A DNA stretch of 41,403 nucleotides from an uncultured Pseudomonadota bacterium (GTDB lineage: Bacteria > Pseudomonadota > Alphaproteobacteria > Rs-D84): the NCBI GenBank assembly GCA_902799285.1, contig CADCAA010000004.1, positions 1 through 41,403 on the forward strand. Reading direction: 5' to 3'. The notes under the pieces were generated by a model. That model was not told where the DNA came from. It worked only from the letters and a program-made list of their open reading frames with translations, and ran no database searches. Position numbers and translations under genes: made by a program. This document shows positions 24,356-33,953 of this stretch, in pieces. Position 1 is the first letter of the stretch, and the number at the start of each line of letters is the position of its first letter.

Positions 24356-25822
24356 TTAAAAGTTTAATCTGAATTCAACCAATGCCGCGAATATCAGCAA
24401 TTGATTTACCAAATCCGGCGCAATGTATGCATTCACGCGGTTGACATCCGATTTATCGCGTTCAACAACCAGGGCCGCTGCAAACAATTCTTCGTTTTCG
24501 CAAACGACCGGTGAATTTATGCACATATCATGATATTGTGCCAAGATTTCCGCTTTCAAAATGCCGGGGGTTACAACTGCGTTATCTGTGCCGGCATAAC
24601 CATCGTCCGCCAATTTGTAATCTGGATATTTGGATGTAATTGCACTGCGTAATTTACGGACAATATATTGCAATGTGTACATTGTGTTTGTTTCACGATA
24701 TGAAACATCGGCTTCGCCTGCGCTATTTCTTTGATATGTGGTCACAATGCGTTCAATTTGGAATGCGCTTTCGGTGAAACGGAATGTTGAAATACCGTTG
24801 CCCAACAATGTGTTACGGGTTGCTTTATCCCAACGATTTGCTTCGGTTGGCATATACACACCGGCAATTTCAGCAAATGTGACAGGACGTGCTGGGTCAT
24901 TGATATATGCCAATGCAATGCGCCCAACCGCGGCGGCCAAGATTTCATCCGTCAATTGACGTGCGCCTTGGATACCGAATATCGTATTGTGTTGGTCATT
25001 ACGTGCATTACCAAATGTTTGGCATGCAGATGCAGTTCCCGCCAAAATGGACCATGCATGGCCATAAATTTGCTGGTCATCGGACCAACGACCGACTGTA
25101 TCATTCATGAAATCGCGGATGACATTCAAATTTGTTGTATCACAGAATGGATTTATAATGAAATCGTATTCACGATCACCCAAAACTGCAATTTTTTCTG
25201 TCAAATCTGGGTCGCCGGCACCGGATGCAAATTCCGTGATTGTTGGTGTGATACCCGCCGGGGTTTCTTCACCGGCATCTGTGCCATTCATGTTAATTTC
25301 AATCATAATGCCGTTGCCCCATGCGCCTTTGGCGGTTGCGGTCAATGTGATTTCACCACCGGATGCCGATGCGGTACATGGCAACATTGTATTGGCATTG
25401 ATTAATGCGGCGGCGGCGGTCGCAATACTGGATGCGGTATCGCCACTGGCCACAGGAACTTGGACCCGGGTTGCATTGATATATAACTGCAATATTCCGT
25501 CAGCGGTTGCAGTACCAGCCAGGGTCAACTTACCGGTCGCTGCAACGCCGGCGGAATTTTCTTTTACTGGCAAAATCCATAATTCTGTGGATGTGTTATT
25601 TGCACGGAATTTCAAATAATCGCGATGGCACATTGAACCACGCCCCGTTTTTTCAATAACGGTTGCTTCGTCTGTGGCAAAGAATGGTATTTCATAATCT
25701 GTTGTTGCCAGACCAATTATCAAAGCACGTCCAGAATTTGAAAGAATATTGGCTGCACGATTGGAAATTTCGGCATGAAACAATGGAATTTTTGTATTGT
25801 TTGGCACATTTTTAAAGTTCAT
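24356..25822 (-). CDS. Tail sheath protein (Mu gpL-like)
   Basis: DPARP, RNTLLGNGIST, TTYQRN, PDLVNQL.IFA. Confidence 0.95.
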   Translation of the reverse strand: MNFKNVPNNTKIPLFHAEISNRAANILSNSGRALIIGLATTDYEIPFFATDEATVIEKTGRGSMCHRDYLKFRANNTSTELWILPVKENSAGVAATGKLTLAGTATADGILQLYINATRVQVPVASGDTASSIATAAAALINANTMLPCTASASGGEITLTATAKGAWGNGIMIEINMNGTDAGEETPAGITPTITEFASGAGDPDLTEKIAVLGDREYDFIINPFCDTTNLNVIRDFMNDTVGRWSDDQQIYGHAWSILAGTASACQTFGNARNDQHNTIFGIQGARQLTDEILAAAVGRIALAYINDPARPVTFAEIAGVYMPTEANRWDKATRNTLLGNGISTFRFTESAFQIERIVTTYQRNSAGEADVSYRETNTMYTLQYIVRKLRSAITSKYPDYKLADDGYAGTDNAVVTPGILKAEILAQYHDMCINSPVVCENEELFAAALVVERDKSDVNRVNAYIAPDLVNQLLIFAALVEFRLNF

Positions 25823-25833
25823 GTTTTTCCCCT

Positions 25834-26199
25834 TTATTTATTCAATTCTGTGATGACGATTGCTTTTAATTCGTCCAATTTCTTTTTTTCATCCAACATA
25901 TCAGCAAATTCATTACCAAATTTTTCAGCCGCAAATGAAATTACTTCTTTTTTGGATTTGAAATTGGAAACAATTTCTTCATCTGTTTGATTTTGATTAT
26001 CTGGTTGTTTTTCTTGGTTTTCTAAACCGTCCACGCGCAAAACCTCGTTATAACGCAAACGATTGACCCAATATGGATTCAAAATCACAAAACGTCCAGA
26101 TTCAGGCAAAAAATCGTGGTGCACAGGATCATATACTTTAACCTGCTTACCGTCTATTTTTTGTTCTGGATTTGGTTTCAAAAATACTCTTGCTGGCAT
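25834..26199 (-). CDS. DUF2635-like protein with extra C-terminal helical domain
   Basis: VYDP...LPESG...YWVNRL upstream of sheath; additional ~60-aa C-terminus. Confidence 0.7.
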   Translation of the reverse strand: MPARVFLKPNPEQKIDGKQVKVYDPVHHDFLPESGRFVILNPYWVNRLRYNEVLRVDGLENQEKQPDNQNQTDEEIVSNFKSKKEVISFAAEKFGNEFADMLDEKKKLDELKAIVITELNK

Positions 26200-26223
26200 T
26201 TATATCACCTTTGGTTAATTGTT

Positions 26224-26835
26224 TTATTCTGGTTCTGATTCAGATGTTTCATCTAAATCATTTTCTGGACATGGTTCATGCAGGAGTCTTCCTGTATTCC
26301 CCAAGGCGAATGTATTGGCCATTCGTAAAAACTTATCCAACTCTGGCCGCCATTGCGCATCTGGCAATTCGCGAATTTCGATTTGATATTCAATTATCGC
26401 ACCGCCCTCGCGAACTTTGGATGTATATCCGGTACCATCATCAATTTGTGTTGATCTGGACCGAATTGTGCCAAATTTGCGGAACCGTTCATCTGCACCA
26501 TATTCCAGTGTCCATTGAACCGCTTCGCACATCTGGTTAATTGTTTCGCCCCAATTTTTGTGATTGGATGCGTAAAATATAATAATCTGTAATGTGATGG
26601 TATCTTCCATCAATGGTGCATTTGCCGCAGATGAAATGTTTTCTGAATCTTGGCGCAAAATTTTTACATTTATCGCCTTGATTTTTGTTGAATTCGCATC
26701 AAATGCAGGTGAATCTGAATTTAACGATAATGCATCAAAGTTTTCATCGCACATTTTATAGACACCGATTTCCGTGTCCATAGCGGTGTTTAATATTTCA
26801 AATGTTAAATCAAGCAGTTTCTGACGTTCCAACAT
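26224..26835 (-). CDS. Putative tail terminator / neck protein
   Basis: Position between head-tail joining gene and sheath; no firm motif. Confidence 0.5.
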   Translation of the reverse strand: MLERQKLLDLTFEILNTAMDTEIGVYKMCDENFDALSLNSDSPAFDANSTKIKAINVKILRQDSENISSAANAPLMEDTITLQIIIFYASNHKNWGETINQMCEAVQWTLEYGADERFRKFGTIRSRSTQIDDGTGYTSKVREGGAIIEYQIEIRELPDAQWRPELDKFLRMANTFALGNTGRLLHEPCPENDLDETSESEPE

Positions 26836-27184
26836 TTGTCATATCCTTTAATCCGCACGTCAATTCAATACCATCATCGGTTGGTCGGCGATATATTTTG
26901 AATGTTCCGACATCCGGAACGGTTACTATATCGCCATGTGTTGGTTCGCGGACCCCTAAATCTGCAAAATCAGATTTACGAAATCCAATTTGTATTTCGG
27001 TTGATTCCATTGGAATCCCGGAACCCGACATTGTATTCATAATGCCATTTGCATTATAAATACCGCGAACATTTATCGTCATTGATGAATCTGCGAATGT
27101 AACCGTGACGGGCACACCGTGCGTTTCCGTCAGTGTTCCCATCGCAGTATTTATCGCAGAATCAACCAATGACCGCATTGCCAC
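26810..27184 (-). CDS. Head-tail joining protein (gpFII-like)
   Basis: VRGIY...P.HGD.V...DDG; follows capsid. Confidence 0.6.
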   Translation of the reverse strand: MAMRSLVDSAINTAMGTLTETHGVPVTVTFADSSMTINVRGIYNANGIMNTMSGSGIPMESTEIQIGFRKSDFADLGVREPTHGDIVTVPDVGTFKIYRRPTDDGIELTCGLKDMTNVGTSETA

Positions 27185-27193
27185 GCCCCAAAG

Positions 27194-28204
27194 TTAGCTG
27201 TTGCTCTTGGTGACGCGGATCAACACATCCGGTTTGTTGCAGATTGGCAACGGATTTGTTTCCGCGCGAACCACAACTTTGTCTTCGCCATCTTGTTTTT
27301 CATAAGATTGGGTCAGATATTTTGCTTTACCATCTTCGTTGGCGAAATCCAACAAATCGGCCGGTGCATAATACATTTTGAATGTATTGCGTGTTCCCAA
27401 AGGTAATGCGATTGCTTCGTCCGCAGGTATAAATGGTACGCCATTTGCACTGCCGGCATATTTCACAAATACCAAGTTTTGGAATTCAAAACCGTCACGT
27501 AAATCGTTGATTAATGGATTTGGACCAACTTCGCGGTTTTTGTACAGGTCAAAGATTGTTTTGTTCTTTAACATAGCCGCCCAGAATCCAGGACTGCACA
27601 AAACCAACGTGGATGTTTTGGTTTCATCACCCAATGCTGTATCGATTGCTGTATCCAATGCATCCGCTGTGCCAATAACATCGCCATTTGTACCGAAATT
27701 AAAGTTAATTGTGGTCTGTTGTTTGCCAAATGCAGTGAATAAATTGACAATTGTGTTACCCTCGGCATCGGCAACGGTTCCTTGTAATGCTTTTGCAATC
27801 AAGAATTCGTGTGTCAATTCCATTGCATCGTTCAATGGACGTGCTTTTTTGGCAATTGCATTTTCCAAATTTTCCAAAGAACGTGTGGATGTATCGATAA
27901 CATTTTGCAAATCTTGTGCCGTGACGTATGCTTTGCGTTTAAAGTTTGGCACACTCAAAGTCACCGCTTTGTTTGAACGTGGTTTTTGGGTGCTGGATGG
28001 GCCGCCGCGTGATGTTTGTGGCATTACGGACAATTCGCCCTCGGAAACATCCAAAACAACTGTTGTTGTATTGATTGGTTCTTCGTCAAATAAACCCATG
28101 CTTTTCAATTTGCGCCATACTTTTGGATTGCGGTTAACCGCATCTGTCAATGTTGCAGCCGAAAATTTATCGTCTTGCAATAAAGTGATAACGTTTTCAA
28201 TCAT
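27194..28204 (-). CDS. Major capsid protein (lambda gpE family)
   Basis: LTDAVN, GLF, THEFL..KALQG, TF..YYAPAD, ETNPLPIC.KPD. Confidence 0.92.
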   Translation of the reverse strand: MIENVITLLQDDKFSAATLTDAVNRNPKVWRKLKSMGLFDEEPINTTTVVLDVSEGELSVMPQTSRGGPSSTQKPRSNKAVTLSVPNFKRKAYVTAQDLQNVIDTSTRSLENLENAIAKKARPLNDAMELTHEFLIAKALQGTVADAEGNTIVNLFTAFGKQQTTINFNFGTNGDVIGTADALDTAIDTALGDETKTSTLVLCSPGFWAAMLKNKTIFDLYKNREVGPNPLINDLRDGFEFQNLVFVKYAGSANGVPFIPADEAIALPLGTRNTFKMYYAPADLLDFANEDGKAKYLTQSYEKQDGEDKVVVRAETNPLPICNKPDVLIRVTKSNS

Positions 28205-28222
28205 ATTCTCTTCCTTTGGTTG

Positions 28223-28609
28223 TTATTTTGTGGATGCGATAATGCCAGCGGCTTCCAACAATCCCAATGCTGTGGCTTTTTGTGCATCTGTATAACCCGT
28301 TGGCCATACCAATTGATCGCGTAAAACGCGTGCATGACGGAACACACAAACGGCACCATGTTTCAAATCCGCGCTTGCTGGAACAATTACTTGATCCACC
28401 AAAACTGCGGCTGGGACATCAGAACCGTCAGATGTTTCACCGTCACCCAAAATGGTCAATGGTGTATATTTGCCTGATGCTGCTACTTTGCCCAACACTG
28501 TTCCGGCTGGAATAATTTGTTGTGCATCTTTGCCCAAAATCACCGGGTCAAATGTGTCTAATTCAACACGGCTGTATTCTGGTCTGTCAATTACTTGTAT
28601 TTTCGACAT
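28223..28609 (-). CDS. Head decoration protein (gpD-like)
   Basis: AGTVLGKVAASGKY...DGS..PAAVL...L.WP. Confidence 0.88.
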   Translation of the reverse strand: MSKIQVIDRPEYSRVELDTFDPVILGKDAQQIIPAGTVLGKVAASGKYTPLTILGDGETSDGSDVPAAVLVDQVIVPASADLKHGAVCVFRHARVLRDQLVWPTGYTDAQKATALGLLEAAGIIASTK

Positions 28610-28627
28610 ATTCGTTTTCCTTTGTTT

Positions 28628-29029
28628 TTACAGCCGCGCTGCCAAACTTTTCACGTTGCTTTCGTGTGTTTCTTCGCGACTTGGTTCTACTGTGGCCCTG
28701 GTATTGATCACATCTTGTGTTTCACGCGATGCAACCAAATTCTTGCTGAATTCATCTGGTGTTATGCCGTCTGCAATTGCTTTGGCCAACACAGATGCAT
28801 TCACATTGGCGGTTGTCGCCAATTCTGATAATGCGGCAACGCGTTCGCGTTCATTGGCGACTGCGTTTGCACGAATTTCGTCTGCATTTTCCACTGCCGG
28901 TGTTTCAACAATGGATTCTGCGGGTGTTTCGACTGGCTCTGTTTCTGATGCTTCTTCTGCCACAACCGGTGCGGCATCTTCGGCGACCACAGGTGCCATG
29001 TCCTCTGCTTTTATACCATCATCTTTCAT
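28628..29029 (-). CDS. Internal in-frame scaffolding protein (Nu3-like)
   Basis: AAGGGGG RBS 7 nt before in-frame ATG 29029 (MKDDG); ERERVAAL motif. Confidence 0.6.
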   Translation of the reverse strand: MKDDGIKAEDMAPVVAEDAAPVVAEEASETEPVETPAESIVETPAVENADEIRANAVANERERVAALSELATTANVNASVLAKAIADGITPDEFSKNLVASRETQDVINTRATVEPSREETHESNVKSLAARL

Positions 29030-29830
29030 GGTGTTGCCCCCTTGGTCTTTGGTTAAAAAACTCATAAAATCATCAAATGTGGCAAATGTGCCGTCAATCA
29101 TCCGGCGATCCAATGCTTCACGTCCAGAAAACACTGCGCCTTTGCCAAAATTTGATTTCACAAAATCTGTTGTTACCCCACGATTTGCGGCCAACATTTC
29201 AATAAATTGGCCATTAATCGAATTAATGCGGTCCAAATAACTTTGCATACCCTCGGGTGTGGTTGGGTCTGCGTTTTTCATTGGCGAATCCGTGGCGACA
29301 ATTTGAATATATTTGACACCATCACCATCTGGTTCTTCTTGGTGCGATGCAACAATCATCGTTCCAACACTGCCAATTTCAGCCGCCGGATTCGCATAAA
29401 TCTGTTTGCATGCAGATGCCAATCCATATGCGGCGGATGCTGCCATCGAACCAACCCACCCATAAATCGGTTTTTTTGCGCCCATTTTGCGAATATATGC
29501 CGCCATTTCGAACATTTCAGACGATGACCCGCCGGGGCTATCAAAATCCAAAACAATATTTGCCACGGTTTCATCGTTTATGGCATTTTTCAAATCTTCC
29601 ATAATCCATTCGTATGAATTGTATCCGGCAAAAAATTCCGCAAATGACAAATGATTAACCAATGGCCCCGTTATACCCAAAATGGCGGTATTGCCAATTT
29701 TGCGCACGAATGTTTCACGGTTTATTTTCATTTGGTCTTCGGACAAAACCGATAATGTTTTGTTGGTGCGACCTTGCATTGCTTCAATCGCGCCTGGCAA
29801 CATTAATAAAACTTTGCTTTTGTTTTTCAT
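28628..29830 (-). CDS. S49 family prohead protease with C-terminal scaffold (lambda gpC-like)
   Basis: DSPGG, MAASAAYGLAS, GSVG; acidic/Ala-rich C-terminus. Confidence 0.92.
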   Translation of the reverse strand: MKNKSKVLLMLPGAIEAMQGRTNKTLSVLSEDQMKINRETFVRKIGNTAILGITGPLVNHLSFAEFFAGYNSYEWIMEDLKNAINDETVANIVLDFDSPGGSSSEMFEMAAYIRKMGAKKPIYGWVGSMAASAAYGLASACKQIYANPAAEIGSVGTMIVASHQEEPDGDGVKYIQIVATDSPMKNADPTTPEGMQSYLDRINSINGQFIEMLAANRGVTTDFVKSNFGKGAVFSGREALDRRMIDGTFATFDDFMSFLTKDQGGNTMKDDGIKAEDMAPVVAEDAAPVVAEEASETEPVETPAESIVETPAVENADEIRANAVANERERVAALSELATTANVNASVLAKAIADGITPDEFSKNLVASRETQDVINTRATVEPSREETHESNVKSLAARL

Positions 29831-29839
29831 CTTAACCCC

Positions 29840-29878
29840 ATTATATTTCGTGGCCCTGTGTGTTTTTTTCGCAATAAA
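29840..29878 (-). promoter_or_regulatory. Late-promoter motif copy upstream of protease/capsid genes
   Basis: TTGCGA 29869-29874, 23-nt spacer, TATAAT 29840-29845. Confidence 0.65.
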
Positions 29879-31360
29879 TCAAGCATCATTTGCGGCATCA
29901 TTGCCAAATTGCTGTTCAATTGCGCGTTCTGCCGCAATCTGCGCCTGTAATTCCGCAAAATCACGTCCCCGGGCGGCGGCCGCAATCGTACGTGTTGAAA
30001 TTCCTGCATTAATTTCAGCCGCAACCGCGTTGATTTCCTGTAATGGATTGATGTATTTCCAACCCGGTGCCTGCCAATTTATCGCCGTATAATATGATTT
30101 GCGGGATGCATAATCTGGAATTTTCAATATGCCGGACACGACCGCTTGGTCGAACCATTTTTGCCATACAAATCTTTTGACTTTTTTGATAAATTCATCT
30201 TGGTCAACGCCAAATTTGATTTCTTCCAAATTCTTGGCAACACGGATGCCGGAATATGAATTACCGCGCAGGTCGCCTGAATATGTTTCGTACGATAATC
30301 CCATTGCTTTGGCGGCGGTTCGGTTCTTGCCGGCAATGTATGCATCATAGTTTGGATCAGATTCCGCGACTTTGGTTACTTCCAATTTTTCGCCGGGATA
30401 CAAATGTACAACCGACCCTTTGTTGATAACGGCCGGATCTGTTCCCATGATTTGTGGTTGGCTTGTGATACCGTTATCTTGTGAAAAAGTGTTTATATCG
30501 TTGCCCAATTCGGACATTACAGATGAATCTGTGGATTGGATGGTCGCGTATGTCGCAGACGAATTCTTTTTGCGTTCCAATTCGTTTTCTTCGTAAATCA
30601 TCAAATCGCGCATCTGCATTTGACCGGCGTATGCACGCGGTGACCCACGCAATTGACCCGCACGTGACCGTTTAAAATAATGACATATTTCGTCTGCGGG
30701 GACGCGGATGCGGTCAAATGATTTATTTATAACCGCCACATCTGTGGGGTTGTTTTTGAAAAAATGATATGCGACAATTTGATTTTGCTTGTTAAATTCA
30801 ATGCCGGCAATAATTCGTCCGCCATCTTTGAGTGTTTCATTATATGTATAATCCAAACATTCGGATTCTATTACTTGGAATTGGATTGGAACGACCAATC
30901 CGGCAGACATCGGTCTGTAAATTACGCGCAAAAACACTTCGCCAGCTTCGTCACGTTCGCGAACCAATATTCTGTCCATGCTGTCCAGGTCAAACCCATC
31001 ATAATCGGCATCCAAAATCCATTCGTTCCACAAATTTTTAATCTGTTCGCGCAATTTTTCATCTTTGCACATTGGAATACCACGAATACCCTTGCCAATA
31101 ATATTTGCGACACGGGTGTCATAACCATCGTCTAATTCTGGTATTTTTCTGGTCACATCGCGTGAATAGGAACGAATTCTGCCAAATCCGGCAACAATAT
31201 TCGCGTTTGGACCGCCATTTTGTGGGCTGTATAATCTTTGTGATCCACCATTACTGCCACCAGTATTAAACAATGGTTCTAATGCAAAGGCACGACCAAT
31301 GGCGGTGTATGCCTTGCCAAGCACAGAAAACAAAGATTTTGGTTTTGTATTATTGCTCAT
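29879..31360 (-). CDS. Portal protein, lambda gpB family
   Basis: GEVF, GIEFN, RAGQLRG, SYE..SGD...SYS, W..INP..E. Confidence 0.95.
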   Translation of the reverse strand: MSNNTKPKSLFSVLGKAYTAIGRAFALEPLFNTGGSNGGSQRLYSPQNGGPNANIVAGFGRIRSYSRDVTRKIPELDDGYDTRVANIIGKGIRGIPMCKDEKLREQIKNLWNEWILDADYDGFDLDSMDRILVRERDEAGEVFLRVIYRPMSAGLVVPIQFQVIESECLDYTYNETLKDGGRIIAGIEFNKQNQIVAYHFFKNNPTDVAVINKSFDRIRVPADEICHYFKRSRAGQLRGSPRAYAGQMQMRDLMIYEENELERKKNSSATYATIQSTDSSVMSELGNDINTFSQDNGITSQPQIMGTDPAVINKGSVVHLYPGEKLEVTKVAESDPNYDAYIAGKNRTAAKAMGLSYETYSGDLRGNSYSGIRVAKNLEEIKFGVDQDEFIKKVKRFVWQKWFDQAVVSGILKIPDYASRKSYYTAINWQAPGWKYINPLQEINAVAAEINAGISTRTIAAAARGRDFAELQAQIAAERAIEQQFGNDAANDA

Positions 31361-31362
31361 AT

Positions 31363-31566
31363 TTATACCATTCGTTCAACCATCACAACGCGCACGCGAC
31401 GACCGGACATCTTGTCCAGTTTTGCTTCCATTTGTTCAATTTCAGTTGATAATTCTGCCAAACTGTGAAATTCAACGGTCTTACCGTTATGCGTAACGCG
31501 TTTTGCACCTGTGCGCTTTATCGCGTACAGTGCGGCCAAATATTCTTGGATTTGTTCTTTTGTCAT
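31363..31566 (-). CDS. Head completion protein (gpW-like)
   Basis: TGAKRVTHNGKTVEFHSLAEL; between terminase and portal. Confidence 0.85.
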   Translation of the reverse strand: MTKEQIQEYLAALYAIKRTGAKRVTHNGKTVEFHSLAELSTEIEQMEAKLDKMSGRRVRVVMVERMV

Positions 31567-31572
31567 ACCCAA

Positions 31573-31610
31573 ATTATGATTTATTGGGAAAATAATATTT
31601 TTCGCAATAA
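31573..31610 (-). promoter_or_regulatory. Late-promoter motif copy upstream of gpW-like gene (leaderless)
   Basis: TTGCGA 31602-31607, 23-nt spacer, CATAAT 31573-31578, 6 nt before ATG. Confidence 0.65.
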
Positions 31611-31615
31611 TACAA

Positions 31616-33580
31616 TTATTTTAATGGGGCCGCCTTGCCAAATACAAAATTTGGCCTTTGTTGCTGTGGTTGGACTGCTGTCGGGGCGGGTTCCGGATAT
31701 TTTTCACCAGCAAATTGTATCTGCATTTTGCGATAAATGGCGGTTGGATTCAATCCCTCCATCAGTAAATGGCTAAACAATGCAATGTTATATGTCCACA
31801 AATCGAATAATTCATTGCGCTTTGCACCGGGTTTTTTACCCCATTCGCGCTTTTTGCGCCCACGAACCCAACGGGTTTTAACTTCTTCGGCGACCATTTC
31901 CTCGCAATCAATCTGGTCATAATTCATATTAATGTGAATGGATCCGGCTTGATCCAGTGGTAACCGCAACCGCCCATAATATTCTGTACGCGCCGCATCA
32001 ACACCGATATTGATAAAACGCACCGCACGACCCTTTGCCTTGGTCGATGCCTGTTTTTCCCACATTGGCATATCTTGCCGACCGGCAACACCCTTGATAC
32101 CCCAAACGCGCCGTCCCATGTGCGCCGCCACAAACATTTCAACCCGCGTCGGCAGGTAACCTGTATCGATGACCATGGCATAAATTGGCATTTGGTTGCA
32201 TAATTCGTGCGGGATTGGTGTATTTAATTGACGGTCTAATTCATCCCATACATTCGTCCCCGTGGGGTCGCCATGAATAACGGTGCGCCCCATGCCATAG
32301 GCGCGGCGATGCTGGTCCCAACCCACAATCTGCATTTCCAAACGGTCAATCTGAACGTCAACCGCTGCCGTTGCACAGATGATGTCACGTGGCAAAATGT
32401 CGCCATAATTTTCGCGCCGCGCCATTAAATCAACATCATCTGCGCGTTCGCCTTTCTCTTCCCATGGTTCCGCCAAAATAGTGTTTGTGAATACGATTAA
32501 ATCGTTGATATTGCCGGTTGCCTTGAATTCTTCATTGGCGGCCAAAAATTCGCGTACATGACTGGATAATGATACAAATGTCGAATACAGTGAATTTATC
32601 CAGAATGATGCATGCCCCGAAAATGGCGCGGTTGCCCGCCAAACACCTTTGCTCACCGCAATTTTGCGTTCGGATTCGGTCCAGTGATGTTCGCATTCTT
32701 CGTTTTCGCATTGAATATATGCAGATTCCGGTATGTGATTTCCGCGTTCATCTTGGACCCACCGGACATTTTCCCACGTTAATAATTGCAACCGACCGCA
32801 TTTTGGACACGGCACATAAAACCGCCGTTGGTCGCCATCCAAATATGATTTATGAATCTGCGATGCACCCATAATACTGGGGCTGGATACTTTGATTATT
32901 TTCCGGTTTGGAAAGTTTGACGTGCGCCTTTCCGCCAATTTTTCGGGACTACCCTCGCGCCCGGCGGACATTGGGTATTTGTCGATTTCATCTTCGATTA
33001 AATACCGAATTGGCAACGATGCCAAATCTGTGGGGGATTGTGCGCCAATAAATGTAATGGATCCACCCAGGAAATCTTTGTTGGTTTTGGTATTGGCACT
33101 GTCGCGCGATTTTGCGACCGAAACCTTGTCCCGGATTGCATCGCAATTCGCCACCATGTCGTCAAATCGCTTTGAAAACTTTTCTGTGGCACCATCTGTC
33201 GGGTACATACACATAACCGGTGCCGGATCGTAATCAATGGCGCACCCGATGCAGTTTAATTCGATTTCGGTTTTACCCAACTGCGTTCCCGCCATAACGG
33301 TGATTTTTTCCACATCCGGGTTGGTCCAACAATCCATAATTTCGCGGGTGTATTCACTGCGTGCGGTCACCCATGGACCGGCTTCGGCGGCGTATTTTGT
33401 GGATAAAACACGATTCCGGTCCGCCCATTCGGATACAGTGGTTTTTGGTGGCATTTTCATGCCGGCCAAAAGACCCGCAAAAAACGCATTGCGCCCGGCG
33501 GTGTCAAAATCTGCCTTGTTAAAATTATCAGTATTTTCAGGCAATTCTACCCCCCCCCAAGAATTTGGTTTAACTCCCAC
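31616..33580 (-). CDS. Terminase large subunit, lambda gpA family (start uncertain)
   Basis: QLGKTE Walker A, DEIDKY Walker B, VPCPKCG, VDVQ, IDTG, RNELFD. Confidence 0.95.
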   Translation of the reverse strand: MGVKPNSWGGVELPENTDNFNKADFDTAGRNAFFAGLLAGMKMPPKTTVSEWADRNRVLSTKYAAEAGPWVTARSEYTREIMDCWTNPDVEKITVMAGTQLGKTEIELNCIGCAIDYDPAPVMCMYPTDGATEKFSKRFDDMVANCDAIRDKVSVAKSRDSANTKTNKDFLGGSITFIGAQSPTDLASLPIRYLIEDEIDKYPMSAGREGSPEKLAERRTSNFPNRKIIKVSSPSIMGASQIHKSYLDGDQRRFYVPCPKCGRLQLLTWENVRWVQDERGNHIPESAYIQCENEECEHHWTESERKIAVSKGVWRATAPFSGHASFWINSLYSTFVSLSSHVREFLAANEEFKATGNINDLIVFTNTILAEPWEEKGERADDVDLMARRENYGDILPRDIICATAAVDVQIDRLEMQIVGWDQHRRAYGMGRTVIHGDPTGTNVWDELDRQLNTPIPHELCNQMPIYAMVIDTGYLPTRVEMFVAAHMGRRVWGIKGVAGRQDMPMWEKQASTKAKGRAVRFINIGVDAARTEYYGRLRLPLDQAGSIHINMNYDQIDCEEMVAEEVKTRWVRGRKKREWGKKPGAKRNELFDLWTYNIALFSHLLMEGLNPTAIYRKMQIQFAGEKYPEPAPTAVQPQQQRPNFVFGKAAPLK

Positions 33581-33608
33581 AAATCGCCCAAAACGCTTTC
33601 TTTTGGAT

Positions 33609-33803
33609 TCATTTTTTATTCTTTAATGTTTTTCTGATTGCTTTAATAACGTCATTAACGGCGATTGTTAAAAATACAAGGTCGTTTTCTTCCAGTGCGG
33701 ATTCCAAATAATTCGCCAAATCTTCCGGCGATTTCAAATAATCTTGAATATCCCACGGTGTGTTTTTGTTTTTCGCATGCGCTTTTTTCAATATATGCAT
33801 CAT
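33609..33803 (-). CDS. Addiction-module antidote-like protein, N-terminal part only
   Basis: WDIQDYLKSPEDLANYLESALEENDLVFL..A..DV.KA resembles HI1420-type antidote N-termini; no HTH follows. Confidence 0.6.
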   Translation of the reverse strand: MMHILKKAHAKNKNTPWDIQDYLKSPEDLANYLESALEENDLVFLTIAVNDVIKAIRKTLKNKK

Positions 33804-33952
33804 TTACCACCTTTCTTTTTGCCGCAATACACGCACCGGCGGCACATCCGCAACAATGACCATTTATACACATGCAGGCCACAACGGCAATTCAGCCGTT
33901 GTTTTCTAATCTGTTCCATCCTTTGTATCTCTTTAATCCAAAACCACCGCAT
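33800..33952 (-). CDS. Small Cys/His zinc-finger protein (50 aa, not in ORF track)
   Basis: MRWFWIKE...CRCGLHVYKW....CRRCVYCGK; ATGA overlap with next gene. Confidence 0.5.
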   Translation of the reverse strand: MRWFWIKEIQRMEQIRKQRLNCRCGLHVYKWSLLRMCRRCVYCGKKKGGK

Positions 33953-33953
33953 G

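Noticed and set aside
28890-29000. APVVAE and VETPA tandem peptide repeats
   Set aside because: Ordinary low-complexity linker of the scaffold domain.
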